Shown: piece by piece, positions 1-9,435 of the stretch
Numbering within the stretch: position 1 is the stretch's first letter
How the letters are laid out: each line of letters starts with the position of its first letter
DNA from: Aliivibrio fischeri ES114
Lineage (GTDB): Bacteria; Pseudomonadota; Gammaproteobacteria; Enterobacterales; Vibrionaceae
Direction: 5' to 3' (one strand)
Length of the DNA stretch: 32,000 nt
Assembly (NCBI RefSeq): GCF_000011805.1
Contig: NC_006840.2
Made by a program: the position numbers and the translations under genes
Notes under the pieces: model-generated
What the model saw: only the letters and a program-made list of their open reading frames with translations
Told to the model about the DNA's origin: nothing
The model's database searches: none

Positions 1-1338
1 TTGTTTTAATCCTTCAATCAAGCCTAAAGGATCAATATTAAACGTACGAATAATAGAGGGATAAAGAGATTTAAAATCAAGAACGATAACAGATTGATAT
101 AAACCTGGCTTAGAGTTCATTACATAGCCACCAGGACTTGCAACCCAATTCTCACTCTCTAAATTAGGTGCAATATACCCTGCTCTGTGAAGCCTTGGTA
201 AATACAAGTTAGTAAATGCAGCAACTGAACCTCCAACACGATCAAGCTCAACCCCCGTTAATTTCGTTCGCTCAATCAAAAACTCTAAGAGATGAGTATG
301 TTCAAATATACGAGTAACCAAAATACAATCTTGAAGGTTGTATTTAGCTAAAGAAAGTTTATCTTCTCGATACATTCGATTGATCTCAGACATTTTATCG
401 CTTTGATCATTAATCGATTTACCTTCTTTCAATAACTCTTGAGCTACTGATTCAAGTGACCAACTAGAGAAATGATAAGTCGCAGTTTTCAGAGCATCAA
501 TACCGTCTAGCACAACGCGCCCAGGAAAAGATAAAAAACCTTGTTGCCGATTTTTATCGGAATCACGCCAATAAAGCGAACTGTTACCCCGACCAATACG
601 AAAAGATAATTTGTGCCATTTTGCTCTCTGAATTAATAATCGAAAATCAAAATTAATCACATTCCAGCCAATAATAATGTCTGGATCAAATTGATAAAAC
701 CAAGACTCTAAAGCAACGAGCAGTGCTTTTTCATTTTCCACCCATTGAATAGACAAATTACTGTCCTGTGAGTCGCCCACCATGATAATACGTGTATCGA
801 GTTCACTATGTAGAGCGACGGAATATAGAATGCCTTTTTCTGAACACTCAATATCTAATGAAACCATACTAAATTTAGGTGAACGATCCGTCGTTTTGAT
901 TTTTACATTACGATATTCAATATGGTCTTTTTTTTGTATTGGGTTGCCAATAAATGATAGGCCACCACAAATAAAACGCTCCATTAAATAACGATCAGCT
1001 AAGCGAATATCGCTTTCATATATAGGTAAATGTAATTGTTCAATAAATTGAGTCGCTGCTCGTTTTTGGTAGGTATTTTTAAAATACAAACCGAGCACGG
1101 AATCATGATTAAATGTGGATAATGCCGTCGGTTTTATATGAAAAGGGATATTTTCTTTCTGTAAGCAAGCTTCATACTGAGAGCGCTTATCCTCTAATAT
1201 GAAAGTAACTGCATCTTCATTCTCAATAAGTAAGTGTGCAATATGATCATCACACTTAACCCAGAGGTCGACTAAACTTTGATTATTAATTTCTCTAGTT
1301 TGACGTGTAAGCAAAAAACCCTGTTGAGGTGAATTCAA
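1..1338 (-). CDS. polB: DNA polymerase II (B-family), N-terminal part, truncated by window edge; apparent TTG start
   Basis: Minus-strand reading frame is open from 1338 to 1 and is absent from the ATG-only ORF track. Translation begins (M)NSPQQGFLLTRQTREINNQSLVDLW and contains RYLMERFI, DPDIIIGWNVINFDFRLL (exonuclease motif), SLESVAQELLKEGKS, GGSVAAF and YPSIIRTFNIDPLGLIEG, all typical of Pol II. Confidence 0.93.
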   Translation of the reverse strand, partial: MNSPQQGFLLTRQTREINNQSLVDLWVKCDDHIAHLLIENEDAVTFILEDKRSQYEACLQKENIPFHIKPTALSTFNHDSVLGLYFKNTYQKRAATQFIEQLHLPIYESDIRLADRYLMERFICGGLSFIGNPIQKKDHIEYRNVKIKTTDRSPKFSMVSLDIECSEKGILYSVALHSELDTRIIMVGDSQDSNLSIQWVENEKALLVALESWFYQFDPDIIIGWNVINFDFRLLIQRAKWHKLSFRIGRGNSSLYWRDSDKNRQQGFLSFPGRVVLDGIDALKTATYHFSSWSLESVAQELLKEGKSINDQSDKMSEINRMYREDKLSLAKYNLQDCILVTRIFEHTHLLEFLIERTKLTGVELDRVGGSVAAFTNLYLPRLHRAGYIAPNLESENWVASPGGYVMNSKPGLYQSVIVLDFKSLYPSIIRTFNIDPLGLIEGLKQ

Positions 1339-1342
1339 GTTA

Positions 1343-2173
1343 TTAACCTATTTTTCGTTCAATTTTATTAAATTCAGCCACAACCCAATCTCCAAATTCA
1401 TTAAGTAAAGCAAGAACAGAACGCTTTGGAACTTTACGCCCTTTTAATAATAAAACCACGCGTTCTATTTCAGTCTGTTTTTCTGGGTAATATTCCAAAA
1501 ATTTTCGAGCACAAAGTACAGGATGATCGTACCAACCTTTATCTCGATGCATAACTAAAGAGTAGCAACTTCTTAATAACTTTTTGGCGATGGTTTTTTG
1601 TTGCTCCACCTGAACTGCCATATCTTGGCTAGTAGCTATTTTTTTAATATAAACACCTAACCATTCTTCAATATCCATGTTCATATTTTTCGCTATTTCC
1701 CAGCTAGGCTCAAAATCACCAAAACGTTCTGATAGATCATCACCATAGATACAAACACAACAATGTCTCAACCAAAAACCCCAGCTAAAAATCGACTCTA
1801 ATTGCAACGCATCCGCCGCCTCACCAATGTTAAATGTAACACCGGTAATTTGAGGGTATTTAGATTGAAAACGAATTTTAATGGTATTAATTAGCGTTTG
1901 TTCTTTATTGGTCAATGGTGCAGATGTAATAAGGGTAACGTCAAGGTTAGAGCGACCAACAATAGCTTCACGTCTAGCAACGCTGCCATATAAATAAATA
2001 CTATGAACGGATTTCGGTGCAGCAGAACGAACATGAGTAATTAAATCATGAATTACCGGTTCAAACTCATTTTGAAATGGAGAGTGTTTATCAATAATTG
2101 GTAAAGTAAAACGAGACAAAATGCACCCCAAATAAAGAATATTAAGGGACTTATGATCGCGATTTAACGTCAA
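1343..2173 (-). CDS. nucleotidyltransferase-fold (aminoglycoside nucleotidyltransferase-like) domain protein
   Basis: ORF of 276 aa with YLYGSVARREAIVGRSNLDVTLIT, resembling the GSx(n)SDxD nucleotidyltransferase motif. It ends 4 nt upstream of the polB start. Confidence 0.65.
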   Translation of the reverse strand: MTLNRDHKSLNILYLGCILSRFTLPIIDKHSPFQNEFEPVIHDLITHVRSAAPKSVHSIYLYGSVARREAIVGRSNLDVTLITSAPLTNKEQTLINTIKIRFQSKYPQITGVTFNIGEAADALQLESIFSWGFWLRHCCVCIYGDDLSERFGDFEPSWEIAKNMNMDIEEWLGVYIKKIATSQDMAVQVEQQKTIAKKLLRSCYSLVMHRDKGWYDHPVLCARKFLEYYPEKQTEIERVVLLLKGRKVPKRSVLALLNEFGDWVVAEFNKIERKIG

Positions 2174-2183
2174 AAAAGCAATA

Positions 2184-2212
2184 AAAAACCGGCCATTTAA
2201 AGCCGGTTTATT
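2184..2212 (-). terminator. Rho-independent terminator of the NhaC-family gene
   Basis: Minus strand AAACCGGCTTTAAATGGCCGGTTTTTTATTG: 8-bp stem AAACCGGC/GCCGGTTT followed by a T run. Confidence 0.8.
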
Positions 2213-2227
2213 TTAAAATCTAACAAG

Positions 2228-3814
2228 TTATGCTGTTGCTGAGCGTCTTTTCGACATCATCATTAAAGCAAAACACGCTAAAACAAACGCAACACTTGCA
2301 CCTGCAAATGCAACCAATACTGAACTTGTAAAACCAAGTACAATATAGCCAACAGCTGAAACCGCTGCAATTGATAATGCATAAGGCAATTGAGTTGATA
2401 CGTGATCAATATGGCAACAACGAGCACCTGTCGAAGACAGAATCGTAGTATCTGAAATCGGCGAACAGTGATCACCAAATACTGAACCAGCTAAAACTGC
2501 ACCTAACATAGGAAGAATTAATGCAATATCGGTGGCACCAGCCATATCACCAGCGATTGGTAACATAATGCCGAAAGTACCCCATGATGTACCAGTACTG
2601 AATGCCATAATTCCTGATAATAAGAACAATATTACAGGGATCCAGTGAATACCAATGCTACCTTGTGCCAAACTAGATAAATATGTACCAGTTTTCATAT
2701 CACCGATAACTGAACCAATAGTCCAAGCAAAGAACAGAATTAGAATAGCGCCAAACATTGATTTCGCACCAATCCACATTGTCATACCTATATCTTTAGC
2801 TGACAGACCTTGACGGAATACAGTAATTAGTGCAGATGCTAGACCAATTAAACCACCGTAACAAAGTGAAGCACCAACATCGGTATTTTCAAATGCACCT
2901 AATATATTAAACGCTTTACCATCTGCTGCTAACGCTTCGCCACCGGTATAAACCATGAAAGAGATCGTTGCGACAATTAACGTAATAATTGGGAAGATTA
3001 AATCTGAAACTTTACCAGTTTCACTCTCAACAATATTCAGCTCTTCATTTAAATCTTTTGATTCCGAATTAACACTCTGGTCATCAAAACCATTACCACG
3101 AGCGGCTTCATTTTCATGATGACGCATTGGACCAACATCAAGTTGGAACCAAACAACAGCAAATACCATTAATAGTGCAAATACCGCGTAAAAGTTCATT
3201 GGAATTAAACGAACATAAGCACCCAGAGCAGAATATTCAGTCACACCATGTGAAACTAAAATGCCACCAATAATAGTAATAATATACGCACCCCAACTTG
3301 ATGCTGGCATTAATACACACATTGGAGCTGCTGTTGAATCTAGAATATAAGCTAACTTAGCACGTGATACATAAAAACGGTCAGTAACAGGGCGGGATAT
3401 TGAACCAACGGCTAAGCTATTAAAGTAATCATCAACAAAAATAAACACGCCTAAAAAAGCAGCAAGTAATTTTGCACCGCGTTTACTTTTAATTCTCGTT
3501 TGTGCCCATTCAGCAAAGGCACGTGTGCCACCTGAAAGAGTTAATAAAGCAGTTGTCATTCCTAACAAAATAAGGAAAGCAACAATACTCATGTTCCATG
3601 AATTAATAGAATTGCCATCGATGAAAACACCTTTGACAGAACTAAATACATAAGAAGCGGTTCCTGATACGGAATAATTAGACAGTAAGATTGCGCCTAA
3701 TACGATACCTACACCAAGAGAAAGTAACACTCGGCGAGTTAAAATTGCCAAACCCAGAGCTATAAGCGGGGGCAAAATTGAAATTGGAGAATTTGAAAAA
3801 TCAGCTAAGTTCAT
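2228..3814 (-). CDS. Na+/H+ antiporter NhaC family protein; candidate lysine transporter because of its riboswitch
   Basis: 528-aa polytopic membrane protein with GVFIFVDDYFNSLAVGSISRPVTDR and GSVFGDHCSPISDTTILSSTGARCCHIDHVSTQLPYA, typical of the NhaC family. Confidence 0.85.
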   Translation of the reverse strand: MNLADFSNSPISILPPLIALGLAILTRRVLLSLGVGIVLGAILLSNYSVSGTASYVFSSVKGVFIDGNSINSWNMSIVAFLILLGMTTALLTLSGGTRAFAEWAQTRIKSKRGAKLLAAFLGVFIFVDDYFNSLAVGSISRPVTDRFYVSRAKLAYILDSTAAPMCVLMPASSWGAYIITIIGGILVSHGVTEYSALGAYVRLIPMNFYAVFALLMVFAVVWFQLDVGPMRHHENEAARGNGFDDQSVNSESKDLNEELNIVESETGKVSDLIFPIITLIVATISFMVYTGGEALAADGKAFNILGAFENTDVGASLCYGGLIGLASALITVFRQGLSAKDIGMTMWIGAKSMFGAILILFFAWTIGSVIGDMKTGTYLSSLAQGSIGIHWIPVILFLLSGIMAFSTGTSWGTFGIMLPIAGDMAGATDIALILPMLGAVLAGSVFGDHCSPISDTTILSSTGARCCHIDHVSTQLPYALSIAAVSAVGYIVLGFTSSVLVAFAGASVAFVLACFALMMMSKRRSATA

Positions 3815-3937
3815 GATCTACAACAACCAGTCTGGTTGGAGATCTACTGCAGATACGATAGATATCGTTATTAAGGAAGTGAATGAATAACATTCCCCTA
3901 CAGTAGCGCTCCATAGTTAAAAAATAAAATTGACTAT

Positions 3938-4073
3938 GGCAGTGTTATTCCTCTTCGAAATAACCCCAGCTAATACGCTCGATTAACGTAATTAACTTCG
4001 GCACCGACTCCTTTCAATTGTCGTCATAAGTATCACCCTCTTACAATTTACTCTTAGGCGGTGCGCCTCTACC
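3938..4073 (-). promoter_or_regulatory. Lysine riboswitch (L-box) aptamer
   Basis: Minus strand reads GGTAGAGGCGCACCGCCTAAGAGTAAATTG...GAGGGTGATACTTATGACGACAATTGAAAGGAGTCGGTGCCGAAGTTAATTACGTTAATCGAGCGTATTAGCTGGGGTTATTTCGAAGAGGAATAACACTGCC. It carries L-box signatures AGAGGNGC, AAGAGTA, TGAAAGG, GCCGAAG and GCTGG, with P1 (GGTAG/CTGCC) and last-helix (GTTATTTC/GGAATAAC) pairings. Confidence 0.9.
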
Positions 4074-4322
4074 CTTTTAGGTGCGGTTATTGTACGGATT
4101 GAAAACAATTTTGCAATACTATATCTGAGTATTTTAACATTAAGTTATCTAGCTAATTAGAATGAAACATTTTAAAGCTATTTAGTAGCAGTCTTATCCT
4201 TAAGAATGGATATTATTAATATTAATATCATTAATATTTTTTTATTCCTTTATCTAGAAATTTGTTATATTATTTTTCTGTTATATTATAATCATATTAT
4301 CAAAATAATTATGGAATCAAAT

Positions 4323-4727
4323 ATGTCTGATACAATTAAAACGCTGCTTAACCTACGCAGCCTACGTGCTTTATCTCGCGAAATGACTTTAGAACAATTA
4401 GAAGAAGCATTAGAAAAACTTCAATCTGTTGTTGCAGAACGTCAAGAATCTGAAGCAGAAGAGCGCGCTCAACTAGCTGAAAAACAAGCTAAACTTGAAG
4501 AGTTCCGTCAAATGATGATCGACAGCGGCATCGCTCCTGAAGATCTATTAGACACTATGTCTGCTACAACAGTAAAAACAAAACAAAAACGCGCACCTCG
4601 TCCTGCAAAATATAAATTCCAAGATCACGCTGGTGAAGAGAAAACATGGACAGGCCAAGGCCGTACTCCTTCAGCTCTTCAAGCACAGCTTGATGCTGGT
4701 AAAAAACTAGAAGAGTTTTTAATCTAA
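4323..4727 (+). CDS. hns: H-NS family histone-like nucleoid-structuring protein
   Basis: MSDTIKTLLNLRSLRALSREMTLEQLEEALEKLQ... coiled-coil N-terminus and C-terminal PRPAKYKFQDHAGEEKTWTGQGRTPSALQ DNA-binding motif. Start placed at the second in-frame Met (4323) rather than 4206. Confidence 0.93.
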   Translation: MSDTIKTLLNLRSLRALSREMTLEQLEEALEKLQSVVAERQESEAEERAQLAEKQAKLEEFRQMMIDSGIAPEDLLDTMSATTVKTKQKRAPRPAKYKFQDHAGEEKTWTGQGRTPSALQAQLDAGKKLEEFLI

Positions 4728-4749
4728 TAATACTCTTTAAAGAGCATAT

Positions 4750-4783
4750 AAAAAGACCACTTACTCTAAGTGGTCTTTTTTTA
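4750..4783 (+). terminator. Rho-independent terminator downstream of hns
   Basis: AAAAGACCACTTACTCTAAGTGGTCTTTTTTT: inverted repeat plus T run. Confidence 0.9.
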
Positions 4784-5003
4784 TTTTCATTTTATTACAT
4801 TTAGAAACGTATTATTGCTCGAAACTTTAAACTGACTAAGGGTCATCTGAATAAGATAAAACTGGCAAGGTTTTTATCGAATAATTACTTAATCATTGTT
4901 TTTTTAATACTCAAATATTAATACTATTATTAATAGTAATCTTTTCTATAAATCATAAGCTCTTACTCATTAATAAAACGAACTAAATAATATATAAAAA
5001 TTC

Positions 5004-5756
5004 CTAGAACACGTACACTATACCGACACTACCTGTTGAACTTGTTGTATGCTCAATCATTGGACTGTTTTCTAGGTTCCCCTCAAGGTTCACATAACGC
5101 AAACCGCCAGTCACTCGAACATTTGGTGTAATGTGGAAATAAGTAGATAATCCAATAAAAAACTGTCCATCCCAATCTGCATTAAATTGGTCAACTCCAG
5201 TTCGTAACGCTTCTTCATTGGATACTCCATATAAATGATTATTTAATTTCTCACTATTATATGAATATCCTAATGATGGTGTAATTGCCCACCCTCTCCC
5301 TCTTATTGGTAAACGCCAAGCCGCTTCTGCATAAAGACCATTATGAGTACGACCTACATCTGTTCCTCCTGTTAACTCTATAATTCCAATATGAGTAACC
5401 ATCTGATAGCTCATGCCACCAAGTACGGTACTCTTACGTTCATCTAATTTTTGCATTGCAGCATCGTTTGAATCATTAGGCTTAAACGTTCTAGGATCAT
5501 AGACAAATCGAAATATTATATTTTGAGGTGAACCTACTGGTTTTAGGCGATAACCACCACTAAACCCTCTAAGGAATAGATGTTCCCCCTCATAACCAAC
5601 CATAGGAATAATGGTTGCATTCGAAGGCGTCTCTTTATAAAAGGAAGGGGAATATGCAGCGGCGGCACCAAGAGACCATTGTGAAATTTTTGCATTAGCA
5701 CTGCTATTGAATAACACCAAAAGACAAAAAACAGAGCGACTTATTAACTTACTCAC
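5004..5756 (-). CDS. MipA/OmpV family outer-membrane protein, GTG start proposed
   Basis: ORF 5004..5822; residues after 5756 read (V)SKLISRSVFCLLVLFNSSANAKISQWSLGAAAAYSPSFYKET, a signal peptide followed by the family motif. AAGG lies upstream of the GTG. Ends ...TTSSTGSVGIVYVF, an outer-membrane-type terminal Phe. Confidence 0.75.
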   Translation of the reverse strand: MSKLISRSVFCLLVLFNSSANAKISQWSLGAAAAYSPSFYKETPSNATIIPMVGYEGEHLFLRGFSGGYRLKPVGSPQNIIFRFVYDPRTFKPNDSNDAAMQKLDERKSTVLGGMSYQMVTHIGIIELTGGTDVGRTHNGLYAEAAWRLPIRGRGWAITPSLGYSYNSEKLNNHLYGVSNEEALRTGVDQFNADWDGQFFIGLSTYFHITPNVRVTGGLRYVNLEGNLENSPMIEHTTSSTGSVGIVYVF

Positions 5757-5859
5757 AATGACAACCTTATATAACCACAGAATTAACAATACAGCGTACG
5801 ATTGTACATAATCACACGCCATTTCATAGTTATTTAGGTTTTTTGTTTATTTTAGATAT

Positions 5860-5889
5860 AAAAAAAGCAGGCTAAGTGCCTGCTTTATT
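5860..5889 (-). terminator. Terminator downstream of fadR
   Basis: Minus strand AAAGCAGGCACTTAGCCTGCTTTTTTT. Confidence 0.8.
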
Positions 5890-5904
5890 CAATTTTAAAT
5901 CGGA

Positions 5905-6747
5905 TTAACTATCATCTTCTCTAAAGTTGCTTGGTAAATTTAATTTCATTTCATTCCAAATCAAATTACCTTCCATACCGTATTGGCGCATTCTAGGCAT
6001 TACAGCATCTTTACGTTCTTCTTCGCAAATAAGCTTTAAGTCACGATAAAATTGTAAAGCTAACTCTCGAGCTTCAGAGTTAGAGAAGTAGTAACTACCA
6101 ACTCGCGCATAAAGCTTTTTCAAACCATTAAAGATAAGCCCATAAATTTGATTGCCAGATTTAAAAGCAACACCTTGGAAAAGCATATAATCATAATAGT
6201 TGAAGGTTTTAGCAATCAAGATCTCTTCACGTTTGACAGGATCTTTTTCGTTATCTTCTTTCACTTCAGCTTTAATTTTTGCTCCGAATGGGGATGCTTC
6301 TATGAAACTATCCCAACTTTCTGCAGCAAGTAACTGTTCACACGATTCAATAACACGATTAAGAGTTCTTAAAGAGCCTTCTTTATTTGTCTTGAATGCT
6401 TGTCTCATGAAAATACAACTAATGTTAGTTCGAGCAGCCAATAAGTCTTCAACAATTGAAGTGGCATTATTTGCATCAACTAATGTCATTAATGTATCTA
6501 AAATATGCAAACCTGAGGTTTCCATATAATTGTTCACTTTTGTTGGTTTACCATGTTGAATTGTCAACCAACCATCACGAGCTAAACGTTGTAATACTTC
6601 TCGTAATGTCGTTCTCGTTACACCGATTAATTCAGAAAGCTCTCGCTCAGCTGGTAAAATTGAGCCTGGTGGGAAACGACCATTCCAAATACTTTCAATA
6701 ATGTACTTTTCAGCGAATGCTGCAGGACTTTTTGCCTTAATAACCAT
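5905..6747 (-). CDS. fadR: Fatty acid metabolism transcriptional regulator FadR (Vibrio-type, with insertion)
   Basis: [73 protein letters not shown], a GntR-family HTH matching FadR. Contains [31 protein letters not shown] in the position of the Vibrio-specific insertion. Confidence 0.95.
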   Translation of the reverse strand: MVIKAKSPAAFAEKYIIESIWNGRFPPGSILPAERELSELIGVTRTTLREVLQRLARDGWLTIQHGKPTKVNNYMETSGLHILDTLMTLVDANNATSIVEDLLAARTNISCIFMRQAFKTNKEGSLRTLNRVIESCEQLLAAESWDSFIEASPFGAKIKAEVKEDNEKDPVKREEILIAKTFNYYDYMLFQGVAFKSGNQIYGLIFNGLKKLYARVGSYYFSNSEARELALQFYRDLKLICEEERKDAVMPRMRQYGMEGNLIWNEMKLNLPSNFREDDS

Positions 6748-7193
6748 ACAAGTTTAAAATCCGTTCTTTAAATAAGATAACTGCACTCATCATACCACCA
6801 GTTCAATAAATCCTTAACTATTTATTAAATTTACCTGTAATTTAGAAACACATTTCCAATTTTTAAGCCTTAATCTCCCTAATAAATCAAGAACTCTGCT
6901 ACCTTTTTTCTATACATTTCTTTAGTTTTATTAATAAAACCGAGCAAAGGCACATTTTGATCAATTTACCTCTTTTCAAATATTGACTATTAAGGAATTA
7001 AGAGTAAAGTTCAGGCGTTTGGTATATAAGGTTAGGTATATATAGGTAGTTATTTGGTAAAGCAGTAAAATAAGCCTTGTTGTTTTTCTAAATAGTTGTT
7101 TATCTTTACTAATAACAATATGTTAGGCGATTATTATCAACTCCCTACTTAACCTTATTTTTAGAATTATCGTAATAATGTAGAGAGCATCAC

Positions 7194-8786
7194 ATGTCTA
7201 TTTCGCTAGGGAATGCATTTATCAAAAACTTTCTTGGTAAAGCCCCCGATTGGTACAAAATCGCAATACTTTCATTTCTTGTAATCAACCCACTTGTTTT
7301 CTTCTTTGTAGATCCGTTTACTGCAGGTTGGTTGCTGGTTGTTGAATTCATTTTTACTCTTGCAATGGCGTTAAAATGTTACCCATTACAGCCTGGCGGT
7401 TTATTAGCTATAGAAGCAATTGCCATTGGTATGACAAGCCCTGAGCAAGTAAAACATGAACTAGTAGCCAATATCGAAGTACTTTTACTACTCGTATTCA
7501 TGGTTGCTGGTATCTACTTCATGAAGCAATTGCTTCTATTTATCTTTACTAAAATACTCATTGGTATTAAGTCTAAAACTGCTTTATCAGTGGCATTCTG
7601 TTTTACCGCTGCATTTTTATCAGCTTTCCTTGATGCCTTAACAGTAATTGCTGTTGTAATTAGTGTTGCTGTTGGTTTCTATGCAATTTATCACCGTGTT
7701 GCATCTGGCCAAGGTGGTTCACAAACTCACGACCATACTTGTGATAGCGATGTTGATGAATTAACACGTGAAGATTTAGAAGACTACCGTGCTTTTTTAC
7801 GTAGCCTATTAATGCACGCAGGGGTAGGTACCGCACTTGGTGGTGTAATGACAATGGTGGGCGAACCACAAAACTTGATCATTGCAGACCAAGCAGGTTG
7901 GATGTTTGGTGAATTCATTATCCGCATGCTTCCAATTACAGCGCCAGTATTTATCTGTGGTATTTTAACTTGTATCGCTGTTGAAAAATTAGGTATTTGT
8001 GGCTACGGTGCAAAATTGCCTGAAAACGTACGTAAAATCCTAGAAGACTACGAAGCAGAAGAACGTAAAAACCGTACTAATATCGATAACGCTAAATTAA
8101 TCATCCAAGGTTTAATTGCGGTATGGCTAATTGTTGGTTTAGCACTTCATCTTGCTGCCGTTGGTCTAATTGGCTTATCAGTGATTATCCTTGCAACTGC
8201 ATTTACAGGTGTGATTGAAGAACACTCTATGGGTAAAGCGTTTGAAGAGGCTCTGCCATTCACCGCCCTATTAGCCGTATTCTTTGCCGTTGTAGCTGTA
8301 ATCATTGACCAAGAGCTATTTAAACCAATCATTGACGCTGTACTTGCAGTAGAAGATAAAGGTGCACAATTAGCACTGTTCTATGTAGCAAATGGCTTAC
8401 TTTCTATGGTATCTGATAACGTATTCGTTGGTACAGTTTACATTAATGAAGTAAAAGCAGCATTAATGGATGGTGTTATTACACGTGATCAATTTGATCT
8501 ACTAGCTGTAGCTATCAATACAGGTACAAATTTACCATCTGTTGCTACACCAAACGGTCAAGCAGCTTTCCTATTCTTATTAACGTCTGCTCTTGCTCCG
8601 TTAATTCAATTATCATACGGCCGTATGGTATGGATGGCTCTTCCTTATACAATTGTGTTAGCACTAGTTGGTATGTTTGGTATCATTTTCTTCCTTGAAC
8701 CTATGACAGCAATGTTCTACGATCTTGGTTGGATTGCACCTGGAACAATAGAAAGTGCAACTTCTGCGATTTCTAGTGGTCATTAA
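7194..8786 (+). CDS. nhaB: Na+/H+ antiporter NhaB
   Basis: 530 aa, [37 protein letters not shown]..., [29 protein letters not shown]; located divergent from fadR. Confidence 0.95.
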   Translation: MSISLGNAFIKNFLGKAPDWYKIAILSFLVINPLVFFFVDPFTAGWLLVVEFIFTLAMALKCYPLQPGGLLAIEAIAIGMTSPEQVKHELVANIEVLLLLVFMVAGIYFMKQLLLFIFTKILIGIKSKTALSVAFCFTAAFLSAFLDALTVIAVVISVAVGFYAIYHRVASGQGGSQTHDHTCDSDVDELTREDLEDYRAFLRSLLMHAGVGTALGGVMTMVGEPQNLIIADQAGWMFGEFIIRMLPITAPVFICGILTCIAVEKLGICGYGAKLPENVRKILEDYEAEERKNRTNIDNAKLIIQGLIAVWLIVGLALHLAAVGLIGLSVIILATAFTGVIEEHSMGKAFEEALPFTALLAVFFAVVAVIIDQELFKPIIDAVLAVEDKGAQLALFYVANGLLSMVSDNVFVGTVYINEVKAALMDGVITRDQFDLLAVAINTGTNLPSVATPNGQAAFLFLLTSALAPLIQLSYGRMVWMALPYTIVLALVGMFGIIFFLEPMTAMFYDLGWIAPGTIESATSAISSGH

Positions 8787-8808
8787 TAAGGTAAACTACT
8801 TTTGATAG

Positions 8809-8842
8809 CAAAGGCTCTGTAGATACGGGGCCTTTATTTTTA
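8809..8842 (+). terminator. Terminator downstream of nhaB
   Basis: AAAGGCTCTGTAGATACGGGGCCTTTATTTTT. Confidence 0.6.
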
Positions 8843-8854
8843 TAAGGAATAAAA

Positions 8855-9364
8855 ATGCAAGCCCTTAATCACTTCTCACGCATTCGCCTATCTTGGTTTC
8901 TGCTACTACTTTGTATTATTTTTTTCGAAGCCTCCGCACTGACCTTTCAACACATAATGAAACTTCCACCTTGTGTTATGTGTATTTATGAGCGTGTTGC
9001 AATGATGGGGATTGGTGGCGCCGCTATTATTGGATTATTAAATCCAAATAACCTTATTATCCGCTGGTGTGGTTTCATTGCATGGGGGATCAGTGCTGGG
9101 TGGGGGCTTAAGCTTGCACTTGAGCATGTTGATTTCCAATTAAATCCTTCACCATTTTCAACCTGCGATTTATTTGTAACCTTCCCTTCATGGGCCCCAT
9201 TAAATAAATGGGCACCGTGGATGTTTGAAGCTTATGGTGATTGCAGCAAAATCGTATGGCAATTCTTAACGCTAACGATGCCTCAGTGGTTAGTTATTAT
9301 TTTTGCGGGTAACTTAATTGCTTTGGCTATTTTTGTTATCGCACAATTCTTCAATAAAAAATAA
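8855..9364 (+). CDS. dsbB: Disulfide bond formation protein B
   Basis: Four-TM protein with PPCVMCIYERVAMMG and FSTCDLFVTFPSW; order nhaB-dsbB. Confidence 0.95.
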   Translation: MQALNHFSRIRLSWFLLLLCIIFFEASALTFQHIMKLPPCVMCIYERVAMMGIGGAAIIGLLNPNNLIIRWCGFIAWGISAGWGLKLALEHVDFQLNPSPFSTCDLFVTFPSWAPLNKWAPWMFEAYGDCSKIVWQFLTLTMPQWLVIIFAGNLIALAIFVIAQFFNKK

Positions 9365-9382
9365 TAGCAATATTGCTAATAG

Positions 9383-9428
9383 TAAAAAGCCACCACTAAT
9401 TACGAATTAGTGATGGCTTTTTTATTTT
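9383..9428. terminator. Terminator between convergent dsbB and UPF0149 gene
   Basis: AAAAAGCCACCACTAATTACGAATTAGTGATGGCTTTTTTTAT: long stem flanked by A run and T run. Confidence 0.85.
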
Positions 9429-9435
9429 TAGTGCT

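Noticed and set aside
782-991. 69-aa plus-strand ORF
   Set aside because: Antisense to polB, which is confidently coding on the minus strand.
4206-4322. N-terminal extension of the hns ORF (MDIININIINIFLFLYLEI...)
   Set aside because: Translated AT-rich leader; the second Met gives the conserved H-NS N-terminus, so the extension is likely untranslated.
6148-6701. Three plus-strand ORFs (6148-6333, 6200-6529, 6456-6701) opposite fadR
   Set aside because: Entirely antisense to a confident fadR CDS, low-complexity composition, no SD or homology signal.
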